Shown: positions 1 to 10,014, counted from the first letter of the stretch. The stretch: 64,000 nt of DNA from Candidatus Nanohaloarchaea archaeon (GCA_042218325.1 JBDGRE010000001.1:68356-132355); one strand, 5' to 3'. Numbers and translations are program-made. The notes: generated by a model not told the origin, from the letters alone.

Positions 1-438
1 GCACTGCTCATCGCGGGCTCATACGTTTCCTACACCGCAGGAGCCTCGGCCGTCGGTCTCGCTGTCGGGCCGATGACCGGTATCATAACCTCGGGCGAGG
101 CCCTGCTCGTGATGGGAGGCCTGTCGATGACCATCGGAGCCTGGCTCTATTCCCCGCGCATCATCCGTGCCATCTCGTTCGACTACTCCAGCATAGGGCC
201 GAGGCGTTCTTTCGCGGCCCTCGCGACCGCGGGTATCCTTGCCCAGATAGGTATCTTCTACGGCATCCCGATATCGTTCAACGAGGCCATCGTCGCCGCC
301 GTGATAGGCTCTGGTCTGGTGGAGGGTCGCTCCAACACCGACAGCGGCAAGATACTGAAGACAGCCGCGGCCTGGACCGGGGCGTTCCTACTCGCCGGGA
401 CACTCACATTCTTGATTGTTCTGCTACTGAATCTGTAG
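1..438 (+). CDS. Inorganic phosphate transporter (PiT/PHO4 family), C-terminal part, 5' truncated by window
   Basis: Hydrophobic ORF with GIPISFNEAIVAAVIGSG, resembling the PiT GxPvSxth...GxG signature. Confidence 0.75.
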   Translation, partial: ALLIAGSYVSYTAGASAVGLAVGPMTGIITSGEALLVMGGLSMTIGAWLYSPRIIRAISFDYSSIGPRRSFAALATAGILAQIGIFYGIPISFNEAIVAAVIGSGLVEGRSNTDSGKILKTAAAWTGAFLLAGTLTFLIVLLLNL

Positions 439-479
439 GAGCAGATGAAGGAGGGTGTCAGGGATAGGTAACCGAAAAA

Positions 480-552
480 TGCCAGGGCCGCGATTTGAAC
501 GCGGGTCCACACACCCCCAGTGTGCGATGATGGTCCACTACACTACCCCGGC
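480..552 (-). tRNA. tRNA-Pro(GGG)
   Basis: Reverse complement folds as cloverleaf GCCGGGG...CCCTGGCA; anticodon arm GCACA-CTGGGGG-TGTGT; T loop GTTCAAATC. Confidence 0.92.
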
Positions 553-749
553 AACTGGTTACGCTCAGTCACGAAATCCGGAGATTTCGTTCGAGTCGAG
601 TGAAATCTCTGATTTCACGACTGTTGACACGCAAGAAGCCGCGTTTCGATTTCGAAGAAATCTCCAGCGGCTCTCGGAATTTCCATTAACCTCGCATTCT
701 GTGGTTCATCTGCTAAAATTTTAAACCTGATCGCTGCGTTCTCTGGGAT

Positions 750-1142
750 ATGCGCGTGCTTTACGTCTGCACCGGCAACAGTTTCCGGAGCCCGGTGGCC
801 GAGGCGCTGACCAGGAAGTACCACCCGGATATGGAGGTCGAGTCCGCGGGCACGGGAGCGACGGATCATATCGCGGAGGACGCCCGCGGACTTCTTGAAG
901 AGGTGGAAGCCCTGCAGTACGTCAAGCCGTCGCCGGACCAGCTCTCGCAGCGGGCAGTCGACGAGGCCGATATCATAGTCACGATGATGCCCGGCCACAG
1001 GAAGTTCCTGGAGGAGAACTTCGATACGCGAGGAAAGGATGTCAGGACATGGCGCGTGAGAGACCCGATCAATAGAGGGGTGTCGCCCGAGGGAGCATTC
1101 GGGAAAATTGAGCAGCTCGTGAAATCTTTACCGGAGCCCTGA
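750..1142 (+). CDS. Low-molecular-weight phosphatase / ArsC-type arsenate reductase family
   Basis: P-loop VLYVCTGNSFRSPVAEAL, SAGT, and W..RDP motif. Confidence 0.85.
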   Translation: MRVLYVCTGNSFRSPVAEALTRKYHPDMEVESAGTGATDHIAEDARGLLEEVEALQYVKPSPDQLSQRAVDEADIIVTMMPGHRKFLEENFDTRGKDVRTWRVRDPINRGVSPEGAFGKIEQLVKSLPEP

Positions 1143-3020
1143 CTTGCCGGGCGGCAGCGCGCGTATGATGTAGTCCAGGTCGAGCTCATATCCTTCTTCC
1201 CGCAGCTTCGACTGTATCTCCTTCGCGACCCCCGACTTCTTCCGCCTGCCAGGCTCCAGTTCTATCGATACAGGGCAGTTCTCCTCCACCGCGTCGTGGG
1301 GGCCAGCCATCGGCACCTCCACGTCGTCCAGCTCGTACGGTCCGATAGAGGCCTCGACGGAGACGTTCCGGATGTATTCGCGGTCGCCGCGGATGACGAA
1401 TGCACCCTTTTTCAGGTACTCCCCGCTCTCCGGCTCCTTCGTGACCTGCTCCGGTTCGACGTAGTAGGCAGTTCCCGAGGTTATCCCTGCCTTCCAGTTG
1501 CGGGAGAAGGTGACCGCGGCCTTCGCTGCCTCCTCGCGTGTTTCTTCTCCCGAGTCCTGGCCGTCCTTCACGACCACGGAAGGCCCGCCCTCGAAGTCTG
1601 CATGGAAGTACAAGTCGTTCTCGTCCATGTGCTTCTTGACCAGCATCTCGTTGGTCTGTGCGTCGCGGCCGACGCAGACAAGGAATTCTTCCGAGGAGTA
1701 GAACCAGCGGTACTTCTCGAACCACTTTTTCGACCTTTTCCCGGTCTTGTCCTCCATGGTTTCCTGGAACTCCACGGTCTCTTCCTCCAGTTCTTCAAGC
1801 TTCTGTTCCGTCTCCTCCAGTGCCTCCCGCGCCGACTCCATCTTCTCCTCCGACTCCTTGGCCCTGTCGTAGTACCGCGACGCCGTCGCCTCAAGGTCCT
1901 CGAACGGCTCCAACCTTATCGACATTTCTTCGACCTCGACCGTCACGAAGCCCTCCTGCTCATTGAAGCCCCGCACCCGCGAGGAAAGTTCGCTCTCCGA
2001 CTCCTCTATCTTTTCCTTGGTCGCGTCCCATCCGTGCTCCTCGATACCTTTCTCCATTTGGGACTTGACCTCTTTCAGCAGCTGGTAGTTCTCGTATATC
2101 TTCTCCGCCTTCTCACGGTTCTGCTCCGCAGATTTTTCAAGACCCTCTATCTTGCGTTCCTGCTGCTGCCGCTGCTTTTCCAGGCCCTGCTTCTTCTGCT
2201 CGTACGCCTCCCTCTGCTTCTCCTGCTTCTCCGACTGCTCGCGCCGGTAGAAGAGCTCGTCCAGCGCCCGCGAGAAACTGTCGAACTCCTCGCTTTCGTG
2301 CTCACTGTAGGTCTCCAGCGGGAAAGGGGCGGCCCTCTCATGTTCGCCGTCGGTGTAGAGGACTGGATCTGGTTCATGCCCGAGTATCTCGTCGATGGCA
2401 TCTTTCACCGCTTGCTTCTCGTCGCTTTCAAGTTCTTCCACTTCTTTCGATTTGTCGACCCCGGCCCGCATACACACCTCCTCGGCGTAAGTCCCGCCGA
2501 GGCTGAGCTCTGAGGCCAGCTCCCGAACGATTTCGCCTTCTCCTATCTTTTCAAAGTAGTCTTCTACATCTCTCGGGTCAGTGGTACGGTCGGGTGGCTG
2601 GTACTCTTCTCCGACGACGACCGCACGTTCGGCGTACTCTTCCTGTCTTATGGCCCCGATGACCCTGTCTCCCGAGAGCAGCACTGCGTTCCCCTTGCCG
2701 AACATCTCCACCACCAGCGTGTGTTCCCCGCTTTCTATCTCGAGTATACGGTCGAATCCACGCTGCTCTATGGAGTCGACACGGCCGAGATGCTTCCTGA
2801 GCTCCATGCAGAACCCAGGCGGCCGTTCAGGATTTTCGCGTTTGTAGTTCGAGATGAATGCGTAGGAAGGACCCAGTATGAGTCTTTCCTTCTCCTCGCC
2901 AGGTACGTATATCTCGAGCGTCAGCTCGTGCTCGCGCTGGTAGACCTTCTGGACGAAGCCCTCTTCCAGCTTCTTCAGCTCCTGCATAAGGAATGACAGG
3001 TCGAGCCCGGTAAGTTCCAT
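1128..3020 (-). CDS. rqcH: Ribosome rescue protein RqcH (NFACT/Rqc2 family)
   Basis: FDRILEI, EMFGKGN, coiled coil, KWFEKYRWF, GRDAQTNE, FHAD..GGP, ESGEYLKKGAFVIRG. Confidence 0.92.
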   Translation of the reverse strand: MELTGLDLSFLMQELKKLEEGFVQKVYQREHELTLEIYVPGEEKERLILGPSYAFISNYKRENPERPPGFCMELRKHLGRVDSIEQRGFDRILEIESGEHTLVVEMFGKGNAVLLSGDRVIGAIRQEEYAERAVVVGEEYQPPDRTTDPRDVEDYFEKIGEGEIVRELASELSLGGTYAEEVCMRAGVDKSKEVEELESDEKQAVKDAIDEILGHEPDPVLYTDGEHERAAPFPLETYSEHESEEFDSFSRALDELFYRREQSEKQEKQREAYEQKKQGLEKQRQQQERKIEGLEKSAEQNREKAEKIYENYQLLKEVKSQMEKGIEEHGWDATKEKIEESESELSSRVRGFNEQEGFVTVEVEEMSIRLEPFEDLEATASRYYDRAKESEEKMESAREALEETEQKLEELEEETVEFQETMEDKTGKRSKKWFEKYRWFYSSEEFLVCVGRDAQTNEMLVKKHMDENDLYFHADFEGGPSVVVKDGQDSGEETREEAAKAAVTFSRNWKAGITSGTAYYVEPEQVTKEPESGEYLKKGAFVIRGDREYIRNVSVEASIGPYELDDVEVPMAGPHDAVEENCPVSIELEPGRRKKSGVAKEIQSKLREEGYELDLDYIIRALPPGKSGLR

Positions 3021-3056
3021 ACCGGTGATTTGGACGTGAGCTACAAAAACTCCGGG

Positions 3057-3593
3057 TCAGTCGTACATCTCGATTCCTTCCTGGTGTGAATCCCGGCCCT
3101 TCGACTCGTTCTCGTACTGCCGCTTGAACTCATCCACGCTCTCGAGATTGAAATAGTCCAGGAAATGGTCCGTGACGTCGAGTATGGCGGTCCGGCCGTC
3201 CTTCTCCTTGTCCACGAAGCCGCGGGACACGAGCTCTTTGACGTGCTGGTAGGCCCTGTTACCACGTATCTCGACGATGTCGGCCTGCTCCACGGGAGAG
3301 TTGTACGCTATCAGCGACAGCGTGCGTAGCTGTCCCTCGTTCAGGTCCTGGTGAGGGGCGAGGTGGGAGACATGGTCCAGATGCTCGTTCTTCACCTTCA
3401 GCTCGTAGCCCTCTGGTGTCTCCACCAGTTCCAGGCCGCGGTGCTCCTCCTCCAGGTCCTCTTGGTACTCCTCTATGAGCATGTCGACGTAACCCATCGA
3501 GCCGAGGTCGAGTATGTCCGCGATTTCCTCTTTATCTATAGGCTCGTCGGAGAGGAACAGCGCGGATTCAAGTCTTGCCTTTTTTGGGTCCAT
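3057..3593 (-). CDS. scpB: SMC-Scp complex subunit ScpB
   Basis: LESALF, LRTLSLIAYNSPVEQADIVEIRG, TDHFLDYFNL; next to scpA/smc; start taken at ATG 3593. Confidence 0.9.
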   Translation of the reverse strand: MDPKKARLESALFLSDEPIDKEEIADILDLGSMGYVDMLIEEYQEDLEEEHRGLELVETPEGYELKVKNEHLDHVSHLAPHQDLNEGQLRTLSLIAYNSPVEQADIVEIRGNRAYQHVKELVSRGFVDKEKDGRTAILDVTDHFLDYFNLESVDEFKRQYENESKGRDSHQEGIEMYD

Positions 3594-3594
3594 C

Positions 3595-3723
3595 TTAAGC
3601 GGCACCCCTAAGCTTGAAGCTCATTGCATCACAGCTTTCGTCGAAAGCTGTTCGAACCTGCTTCTTGAGAAGCAGGTGAGTTCCACTTTCGCTGCCGCTC
3701 AAGTGCGGAAATCCCTTACTCAT
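3595..3723 (-). CDS. Putative 42-aa hairpin-rich bridge ORF between scpA and scpB
   Basis: GAGGA-TAATC-ATG start, open for 42 codons, TAA one nt before scpB ATG. Confidence 0.4.
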   Translation of the reverse strand: MSKGFPHLSGSESGTHLLLKKQVRTAFDESCDAMSFKLRGAA

Positions 3724-3757
3724 GATTATCCTCTATAGTGCGCGGTTGAAAAAGCTG

Positions 3758-4462
3758 TCAGTTCGCGACCTCTTCCTCGGGTTTCACGTGGAGGTCGCCG
3801 AGGAACTCCTCCTGTATGCACCGCACCTTCTTGTCGTTCTCGAGATGGAGGACGTGCATGAATTTCTCTATCTTCTCCTCGTTGCTCTTCTCCTCGAGCA
3901 GCCGAGAGAACTCTACCTTCTCCTCCGTCGAGACAAGGTCCTTGACCCTTGAGAACAGCGAGTTGATCCGGTCGTTCAGGGTTTCCTCCTGCATCTCGAA
4001 CTGCTGGTCGAGCTCCTGTCGCTCCTCCTGACGTTCTTCCCTCCGCTCCTTCACCTCTATAGCGTCCTCGAGCGCGTCCTTCAGCTCGTCGAACTCCATC
4101 CTGCGCCTCGGTTTCGGCTTGACAGGCATCTCCAGTTCAGGCCCTTCCTCCAGGTCCGGGCCGGGGTCCTCCTCGATTTCCTCCATCTCCCCGTCGAAAT
4201 CCATCGGGTTCTCCTCCGGCTCCTCCTGCAGCGGGTCCTCGCCGTCGATAGCCATCGCCTTGATATTCAGAAGCGCCGCGCAGATACGGACGGCCCGTGC
4301 GGAAACGGAGAGGTCGAGCTCCTGCAGCTCGTTTATGTACTCTCTGTATCGGCCGGCGAGAACTTCTATATCTATCTCCGTGGGGTCCATATCCGCTGTA
4401 AGTATATCCAGCGTCTCCTCCCACGGCTGCTCCGCCAGCATTCTGGTATCGTGTTCTTCCAT
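3758..4462 (-). CDS. scpA: Kleisin ScpA
   Basis: MDPTEIDIEVLAGRY, AALLNIKA, C-terminal FMHVLHLE...QEEFLGDL winged helix. Confidence 0.88.
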   Translation of the reverse strand: MEEHDTRMLAEQPWEETLDILTADMDPTEIDIEVLAGRYREYINELQELDLSVSARAVRICAALLNIKAMAIDGEDPLQEEPEENPMDFDGEMEEIEEDPGPDLEEGPELEMPVKPKPRRRMEFDELKDALEDAIEVKERREERQEERQELDQQFEMQEETLNDRINSLFSRVKDLVSTEEKVEFSRLLEEKSNEEKIEKFMHVLHLENDKKVRCIQEEFLGDLHVKPEEEVAN

Positions 4463-4532
4463 AACAGGGCCTCGTCAAGACCCCTTGCCCCCGTGCTCAA
4501 ATGTTCCGGGCCGATGTTATTAAAACCATCTG

Positions 4533-4925
4533 TTATACGTATTCGTCGGGATTATCGGCCATCCGGACACCGTACCTCGGTCCCAGCCTCTCTTCAAGCA
4601 GGGCGGAGATACAATCGTCCGCCTCCCGGAGACCTCCCTGGCCGTCATCCATGCCGAGTACCTCGTAGGCGAGAGCCGCCGAATCAGAAAAGCTGCCGTT
4701 GGTCACACGGATGGCGTCGACCTCGTATAGCTCGTCTTCATCCTGTACCTCGAGACGCATGACCTCGGCATATACCTCGATGTCTTCAGGGTTTATGTCC
4801 CGGCTCGATTCTTCCGAAAGCCGCTTGCTGAATTCATCTTCGATACTGTGTTCGCGCGGTGTAACATGCATGAGGTTGGCGTTACAGGCGAGGTGGACTT
4901 TTTTCCCGACACCTTCTCCGGACAT
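4533..4925 (-). CDS. Hypothetical acidic protein
   Basis: Acidic composition typical of this genome; co-oriented between smc and scpA. Confidence 0.55.
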   Translation of the reverse strand: MSGEGVGKKVHLACNANLMHVTPREHSIEDEFSKRLSEESSRDINPEDIEVYAEVMRLEVQDEDELYEVDAIRVTNGSFSDSAALAYEVLGMDDGQGGLREADDCISALLEERLGPRYGVRMADNPDEYV

Positions 4926-4964
4926 CGAATCTTAAGTGGTCGTCAAAATTTATAGTTCCGTTCC

Positions 4965-7493
4965 TTAAGCGTCCAGTTCGATGCTCCGGACCTTCGAGAC
5001 CCCGTCACGCATCGAGACGCCGTAGGCCCTCTCCGCGTGTCTTACCGTGATGTCGTTGTGGGAGATGACGATGAACTGGTTATCATCCGCGTAATCCTTC
5101 AGCAGCTCGCTGAGCTTCTTGGAGTTGGTCTTGTCTAGCGCCGCATCGATCTCGTCCATCAGGTAGAACGGCGACTCCTCGTACTCCAGGATGGAGAACA
5201 CGAACGCTATCGCGGTAAGGGTTTTCTCGCCGCCTGAAAGCGCCTGGATGATGTGCGGCTCCTTGCCCGGCGGCTGCGCCCTTATCTTCAGCCCTTTCTC
5301 GATGTCGTCGTCCTCAAGCACAAGTTCCCCCGATCCGCCGCCGAAAAGCCGCTCGAATATGTCGCTGAAGGAGTCCTTCAGCTCGGAGAACGTCTCCATG
5401 AAGCATTCCCGCTTGTCTCGCTCTATCTCCTCTATCATGTCCTCTATCTCCAGTTTCTCCTGCCGGACTTCTGACACTTTCTCCTTGAACTCGTCGTACT
5501 CGTCCTTCTTCTCCTTGTACTCGTCGATGGCCCTCATGTTCACCGGCTGCAGGTCGTTCATCTTCCGGACCACCTTCTTCTTTTTCCGCTTCAGCTCCTC
5601 CGGGGAGGAGTCGAGGCCTATCAGGTCGTCCTCGTCGAAGTCGTACTCTTCCTCGTCGCTCTTCACGTTTTCGAGTTCGGCCTTCAGGTTCGCTTTCTTG
5701 GAGCCGGTGCCCTCTATCTTGGTCTTCAGTTTCTCCTTCTCGGAGTACTTCTCCTGCCGCTCCTCTCTCAGCTCGTCCAGCTCGTCCCGCAGCTCCTGCT
5801 TTTCCTGCCGCAGCTCATCGTCGCTACTTTCGTCTTCCTGCTTTCTCTCCTTCATCTTCTTGAGTTCGGCGACATCTTTCTGCAGGTCTTCGATCTCATC
5901 CTCGAGTTCCTCTATCTCCTCCTTCTTTTTCTGGGGGTCGAGGTTGGATGACAGCGACTTGTTCTTCCGCTTCTTTTTCTTCTTCCCGCCGCTCATGGCG
6001 CCGCCCCGGGACATGACGTCGCCGTCGAGGGTCACGACGCGGACTCCATCGATATCCTTGACCGAGTCCAGGTCCTCCGCGATAAGGGTGTCGGAGAAGA
6101 CGTGGCTGATGACCTTATCGTACCTGTCGTCGTAGTTGACCAGTTCCGCGGCGTAATCGATGACGCCCTTTTTCTTCTTCGCCATCTTCGACTTCGCGGA
6201 GCGAGACCGGTCCTTTATCTTGTCCAGCGGCAGCATGCGGGCCCGTCCGATGTTCTCCCGTTTGAGGTAGTTGATGGCGTCCATAGCGGTATCGCGATCC
6301 TCGACCACTACGTCGTTCATGTGGCCGCCCGCAGCCGTATCCAGCGCGACCGCGAACCTGTCTTCCGCCGATATCAGGTCCTCGAACGTGCCGTGTATGT
6401 CGTCGTTGTCGAGCTGGAGCACCGCGTTGACCGCCTTTGAACCTCTCGATTTCCGGGACTGCATCTTCTCCAGCTCCTCGATGGTCTCCTCCAGGTCGTC
6501 TATCTTGTCTCGCTTGTTCTCTATCTGGCCCTTCTTCTTCTCTATCTTGTTGTCCAGGTGCTCGATATCCTTGTCGCCGCCCATCTGTTCCTCTATCTCC
6601 TCTACACGGTCCTGCTTCTCGTCGATTTCACTATCTATCTCCTCCAGTTCCTCCTTCAGTTCCTCTATGCGCTCCTCCTTCTCTGCCGTTTCAGTATTGA
6701 TATTGGCGAGCTGGTTGCTGAGCGCGCGTTTCCTGACCTCGAGTATCGACGCCTCCAGCTTCTTCTTCCGGTCTTCAAGCTCCCGGTACTTCAGCGCCAG
6801 CTCTTTCTCGTCCTTCAGCTTCTTGAGATGCTCCTTCTTCTCGTTCAGCAGTATCTCCTGCTCCTGGAGACGCTGCTCCACCTCTTCCAGTTCTTCCTCC
6901 GCCTCCTCTTTTTTCTCGTCGAACTCCGCGACCCCGCTTAGCTCGTCCACGACCTTGCGGCGCTCGACGTCGCTCTGCTCAACTATCTCGGTCACCTTGC
7001 CCTGCCGCACGAAGTGGTAGCCGTCAGGGTCGATGTTCGCTTTCCTGGATATCTCGTCTATCAGGCTCTTCTTGCAGTTCGAGCCCTGGAACTTGTATAT
7101 CGAGCTGCCGGCCCGGGTGACCTTCCGCGCCACTTTTATCTCGTCTGCCTCCTCCTCTGGCTCAAGGAACTCGTCGAATATGCCGGAGGAGTTATCCAGG
7201 CGGATGGTGACCTTGGCCATGTCCGCGGGCTTCCGGTTCTCGCCGCCGTTGAATATGAGTTGCTCCAGTTTTTCGGCGCGCAACTGTGAGGAGCGTTTGC
7301 CGAAGACGAAGCTGGCGGCGTCGATTATGTTCGACTTGCCGGACCCGTTCTCCCCGACGATGGCGGTCAGGCCCTGGTAGAAAGGGACCGCGGTCTTCTG
7401 CTGGAACGACTTGAAGCCCTTGCAGGTTATCTTGTTGATCTGCGTGTCCAGGTTCTTCTCTTCCTTTTTTTCCACGGCTTCAGCCTCCGCCAT
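4965..7493 (-). CDS. smc: Chromosome segregation ATPase SMC (short-armed, 842 aa)
   Basis: GFKSF, Walker A GENGSGKSN, hinge RVVTLDGDV...GAMSGG, LSGGEK, YLMDEIDAALD, ISH. Confidence 0.95.
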   Translation of the reverse strand: MAEAEAVEKKEEKNLDTQINKITCKGFKSFQQKTAVPFYQGLTAIVGENGSGKSNIIDAASFVFGKRSSQLRAEKLEQLIFNGGENRKPADMAKVTIRLDNSSGIFDEFLEPEEEADEIKVARKVTRAGSSIYKFQGSNCKKSLIDEISRKANIDPDGYHFVRQGKVTEIVEQSDVERRKVVDELSGVAEFDEKKEEAEEELEEVEQRLQEQEILLNEKKEHLKKLKDEKELALKYRELEDRKKKLEASILEVRKRALSNQLANINTETAEKEERIEELKEELEEIDSEIDEKQDRVEEIEEQMGGDKDIEHLDNKIEKKKGQIENKRDKIDDLEETIEELEKMQSRKSRGSKAVNAVLQLDNDDIHGTFEDLISAEDRFAVALDTAAGGHMNDVVVEDRDTAMDAINYLKRENIGRARMLPLDKIKDRSRSAKSKMAKKKKGVIDYAAELVNYDDRYDKVISHVFSDTLIAEDLDSVKDIDGVRVVTLDGDVMSRGGAMSGGKKKKKRKNKSLSSNLDPQKKKEEIEELEDEIEDLQKDVAELKKMKERKQEDESSDDELRQEKQELRDELDELREERQEKYSEKEKLKTKIEGTGSKKANLKAELENVKSDEEEYDFDEDDLIGLDSSPEELKRKKKKVVRKMNDLQPVNMRAIDEYKEKKDEYDEFKEKVSEVRQEKLEIEDMIEEIERDKRECFMETFSELKDSFSDIFERLFGGGSGELVLEDDDIEKGLKIRAQPPGKEPHIIQALSGGEKTLTAIAFVFSILEYEESPFYLMDEIDAALDKTNSKKLSELLKDYADDNQFIVISHNDITVRHAERAYGVSMRDGVSKVRSIELDA

Positions 7494-7597
7494 CGTGGAT
7501 AAAGATTGGCCTCCGCGGCATAAAAATACTCTGCCTGCACGCTATGTAATACAAAAACAGATTTATGGGTAAATGGTGTGTTTTTTGTATTACAAAA

Positions 7598-7903
7598 CTA
7601 TATTTTCTCGACTGTTTCCTTGCCGAGCGCGTACTTCACGAAGAGGAAGACCAGCAATGCGATTGTAGTGAAGTCGATGAGCGCGCCGAGGAAATGACCT
7701 ACCTGGAACTGTATGCCTGCGAATCCCGCGCTATAGGCCTGCCAGTCGCCTGCAGGCAGGAAGACCTCGACGATCGGCATCACGATGTCGTTCACAGTGG
7801 CCTTGACGAGGTCGCTGACCGCCTGGCCGATGATAAACGCTATCGCCAGGCCGAGCACGCCGTACTCCTCGAGGAACTTCGTGAACTCGTCGACCAGAGC
7901 CAT
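7598..7903 (-). CDS. mscL: Large-conductance mechanosensitive channel MscL family
   Basis: EFTKFLEEYGVLGLAIAFIIG...NDIVMP...GHFLGALIDF. Confidence 0.88.
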   Translation of the reverse strand: MALVDEFTKFLEEYGVLGLAIAFIIGQAVSDLVKATVNDIVMPIVEVFLPAGDWQAYSAGFAGIQFQVGHFLGALIDFTTIALLVFLFVKYALGKETVEKI

Positions 7904-7970
7904 GTTTCCACAATTGTCCGGGACACTGATAATTCTGTCGACAGTTTTATATTAACAACAGTACATTACT

Positions 7971-8588
7971 ATGAACTGGTGGCAAAAATTGTCTACTGGT
8001 CCGTCTGACGGCGAAGCTGTCTCGCAGGTGGAAGTCCCTGTGGACACCGGCCTTGGGAGAAGCGAGCTTATGGACTACTTCCCAGGGCTTTACGCTATAT
8101 ACGGCGGATGTGAAAGCCTGGAGGAGCTCGCTAACACCATAATACAGAGCGACCCGGAGATCAAGAGGGTATAAGGCGACGGCCCTTTCCCGTGGAGCGG
8201 AGGTGAGGAAGTGGCGCAGAAGATAGAAGACCTGGCGGAGCCCGGTTTAGAAACTCTCGACATGGACGCGGATGTCCCCGGCAGCGTGGAGCTTGACTAC
8301 GATACCTCCGAGATAGATGGCCTTTCCGGGGCGTACGAGCTCCGGAGATGGAGGGAGGCGCAGGCCGGTGTAGTGGAGGAAGCACTAACCGTGTACACGC
8401 GCGAGGAGGATCGCCCTGAGCTCGAGCAGGGTGTATCCGCGGTCATAGACGTCTCACGGGAGTTAGTCGATGAAGTCAAGGTCGATGCAGCCAGCCCGGA
8501 GGAGCTTAAGGAGGATATGCTCGAGACAGGAAAGGAAAGAGAGGTGCCGAAGAACTCGAAACTGCGCAGGTCTACGCCGAATATATAA
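7971..8588 (+). pseudogene. Hypothetical gene split by an in-frame TAA (ORFs 7971-8174 and 8211-8588 share a frame)
   Basis: The 36 nt between the ORFs read open in frame (GDGPFPWSGGEE); both halves are acidic. Confidence 0.45.
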
Positions 8589-8657
8589 GAGAGGTCAGTG
8601 AGGAGTTCCCGGATATGGTGCCGGAAACCCCTGCCAAAAGGCTGCTTGTGCCCTGAA

Positions 8658-9968
8658 TCAAGGTGTAAGCCTTTCCGGTGTCCTCGGGAAAAGGATGCTC
8701 TCCTGCACGTTGTCGAGTCCTGCGACCTGCTTCACCAGCCTGTCGATGCCAAGACCGTAGCCTCCATGCGGAGGCATGCCGAACTTGAATGCCTCAAGAT
8801 AGAACGAGAAGTTCTCCGGGTCCGCTCCCTGTCTATCCATGTATTCCTCCAGCGTCTCGAGGTCGTGCTGCCTCTGGCCGCCCGAGGAAAGCTCGAGGCC
8901 CCTGTAGATCAGGTCGAACTTGCGTGAGGCGGTCTCATCTTCGGGAACGTCCTGCATGTAGTAGAACTTCTCGTCCGGGTAGCCTACGACGAAGAACGCC
9001 GGGTGGCCCTTTTCCTCGAAGTGTTCGCCGAGCAGCTTCTCGCCTTTTGTGTCGAGGTCGTTGTCGTCCTTCGGCACGTGGTCGTACTCCTCTTTCAGTA
9101 TCTCCCGGGCCTTTTCGAAGGTGATGCGCGGGAAGTCTTCCTCGGGAACTTCCAGTTCCACGCCCAGCACATCCAGGTCGTCCGCCGCGCGCTTCTTGGC
9201 CTCCTTGAGGGCGTAGCGAAGTGATTCCTCCTGGACGTCCATGACATCGTGATGATCGTCGATGAACGCCAGCTCGACGTCGAACATTTGGATCTCCGAG
9301 ACGTGGCGCGAGGTCGCGAAGTCCTCCGCCCGGAACGCGACGCCGGTCTCGTAAACCTTGTCGAAGCCAGCGGCCATCAGCATCTGCTTGTACAGCTGCG
9401 GGCTCTGGGAGAGGAAGGCCTCGTCGTCGTAGTATATTATCGGGAACAGCTCCGCACCTCCTTCAGCGCCTTCCTTCGATATCAGCGGTGTCTGGATGCG
9501 GATGTACTCGTTCTGGTCGAACCATTCCTCCATGGCCTCGACGAGGTGGGACTTGAGCGAGAATATAGCGTGTTTTTCCGGTCTCCTCAGGTCCATGAAA
9601 CGGTTGTCGAGTCTGGTGGCGAGGTCGGAGTCTATGTTCTTCGATACGTCCATCGGCAGTGGTGATTCTGCCTCGCCGAGTATCTCGAGTCCGGTCGGCT
9701 TCAGCTCCCTGTCGCCGGGCGCCTGGTCGGTCTCCTCGACTATCCCGGTCACTTGGACGACATCTTCCCTCCCTATGTCCTGCGCCTTTTCGAAAAGTTC
9801 CTCGTCGTCATCCTCCTTGAAGGTCGCCTGTATCTTTCCCTCGCGGTCCCTGATTATGACGAAGGTGAGGCCTCCGAGGTCTCTTATCTCGTGTGCCCAT
9901 CCTGCAACGGTGACCTGTTCACCGTCCATCCCGGGCGTTACGTCGTGGGTGTAGGTTCTTTCTGCCAT
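8658..9968 (-). CDS. aspS: Aspartyl-tRNA synthetase, archaeal type (likely non-discriminating Asp/Asn)
   Basis: OB fold [51 protein letters not shown]. Confidence 0.95.
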   Translation of the reverse strand: MAERTYTHDVTPGMDGEQVTVAGWAHEIRDLGGLTFVIIRDREGKIQATFKEDDDEELFEKAQDIGREDVVQVTGIVEETDQAPGDRELKPTGLEILGEAESPLPMDVSKNIDSDLATRLDNRFMDLRRPEKHAIFSLKSHLVEAMEEWFDQNEYIRIQTPLISKEGAEGGAELFPIIYYDDEAFLSQSPQLYKQMLMAAGFDKVYETGVAFRAEDFATSRHVSEIQMFDVELAFIDDHHDVMDVQEESLRYALKEAKKRAADDLDVLGVELEVPEEDFPRITFEKAREILKEEYDHVPKDDNDLDTKGEKLLGEHFEEKGHPAFFVVGYPDEKFYYMQDVPEDETASRKFDLIYRGLELSSGGQRQHDLETLEEYMDRQGADPENFSFYLEAFKFGMPPHGGYGLGIDRLVKQVAGLDNVQESILFPRTPERLTP

Positions 9969-10014
9969 CTGTATTCACAGGGCTATAACGGTTCCGGACT
10001 TTTTTATTGGCTTC

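Noticed and set aside
4891-4907. AGGTGGACTTTTTTCC resembling the frameshift cassette
   Set aside because: Antisense to a coding gene; no start codon in the GGT-GGA frame after the upstream stop; no downstream gene on that strand
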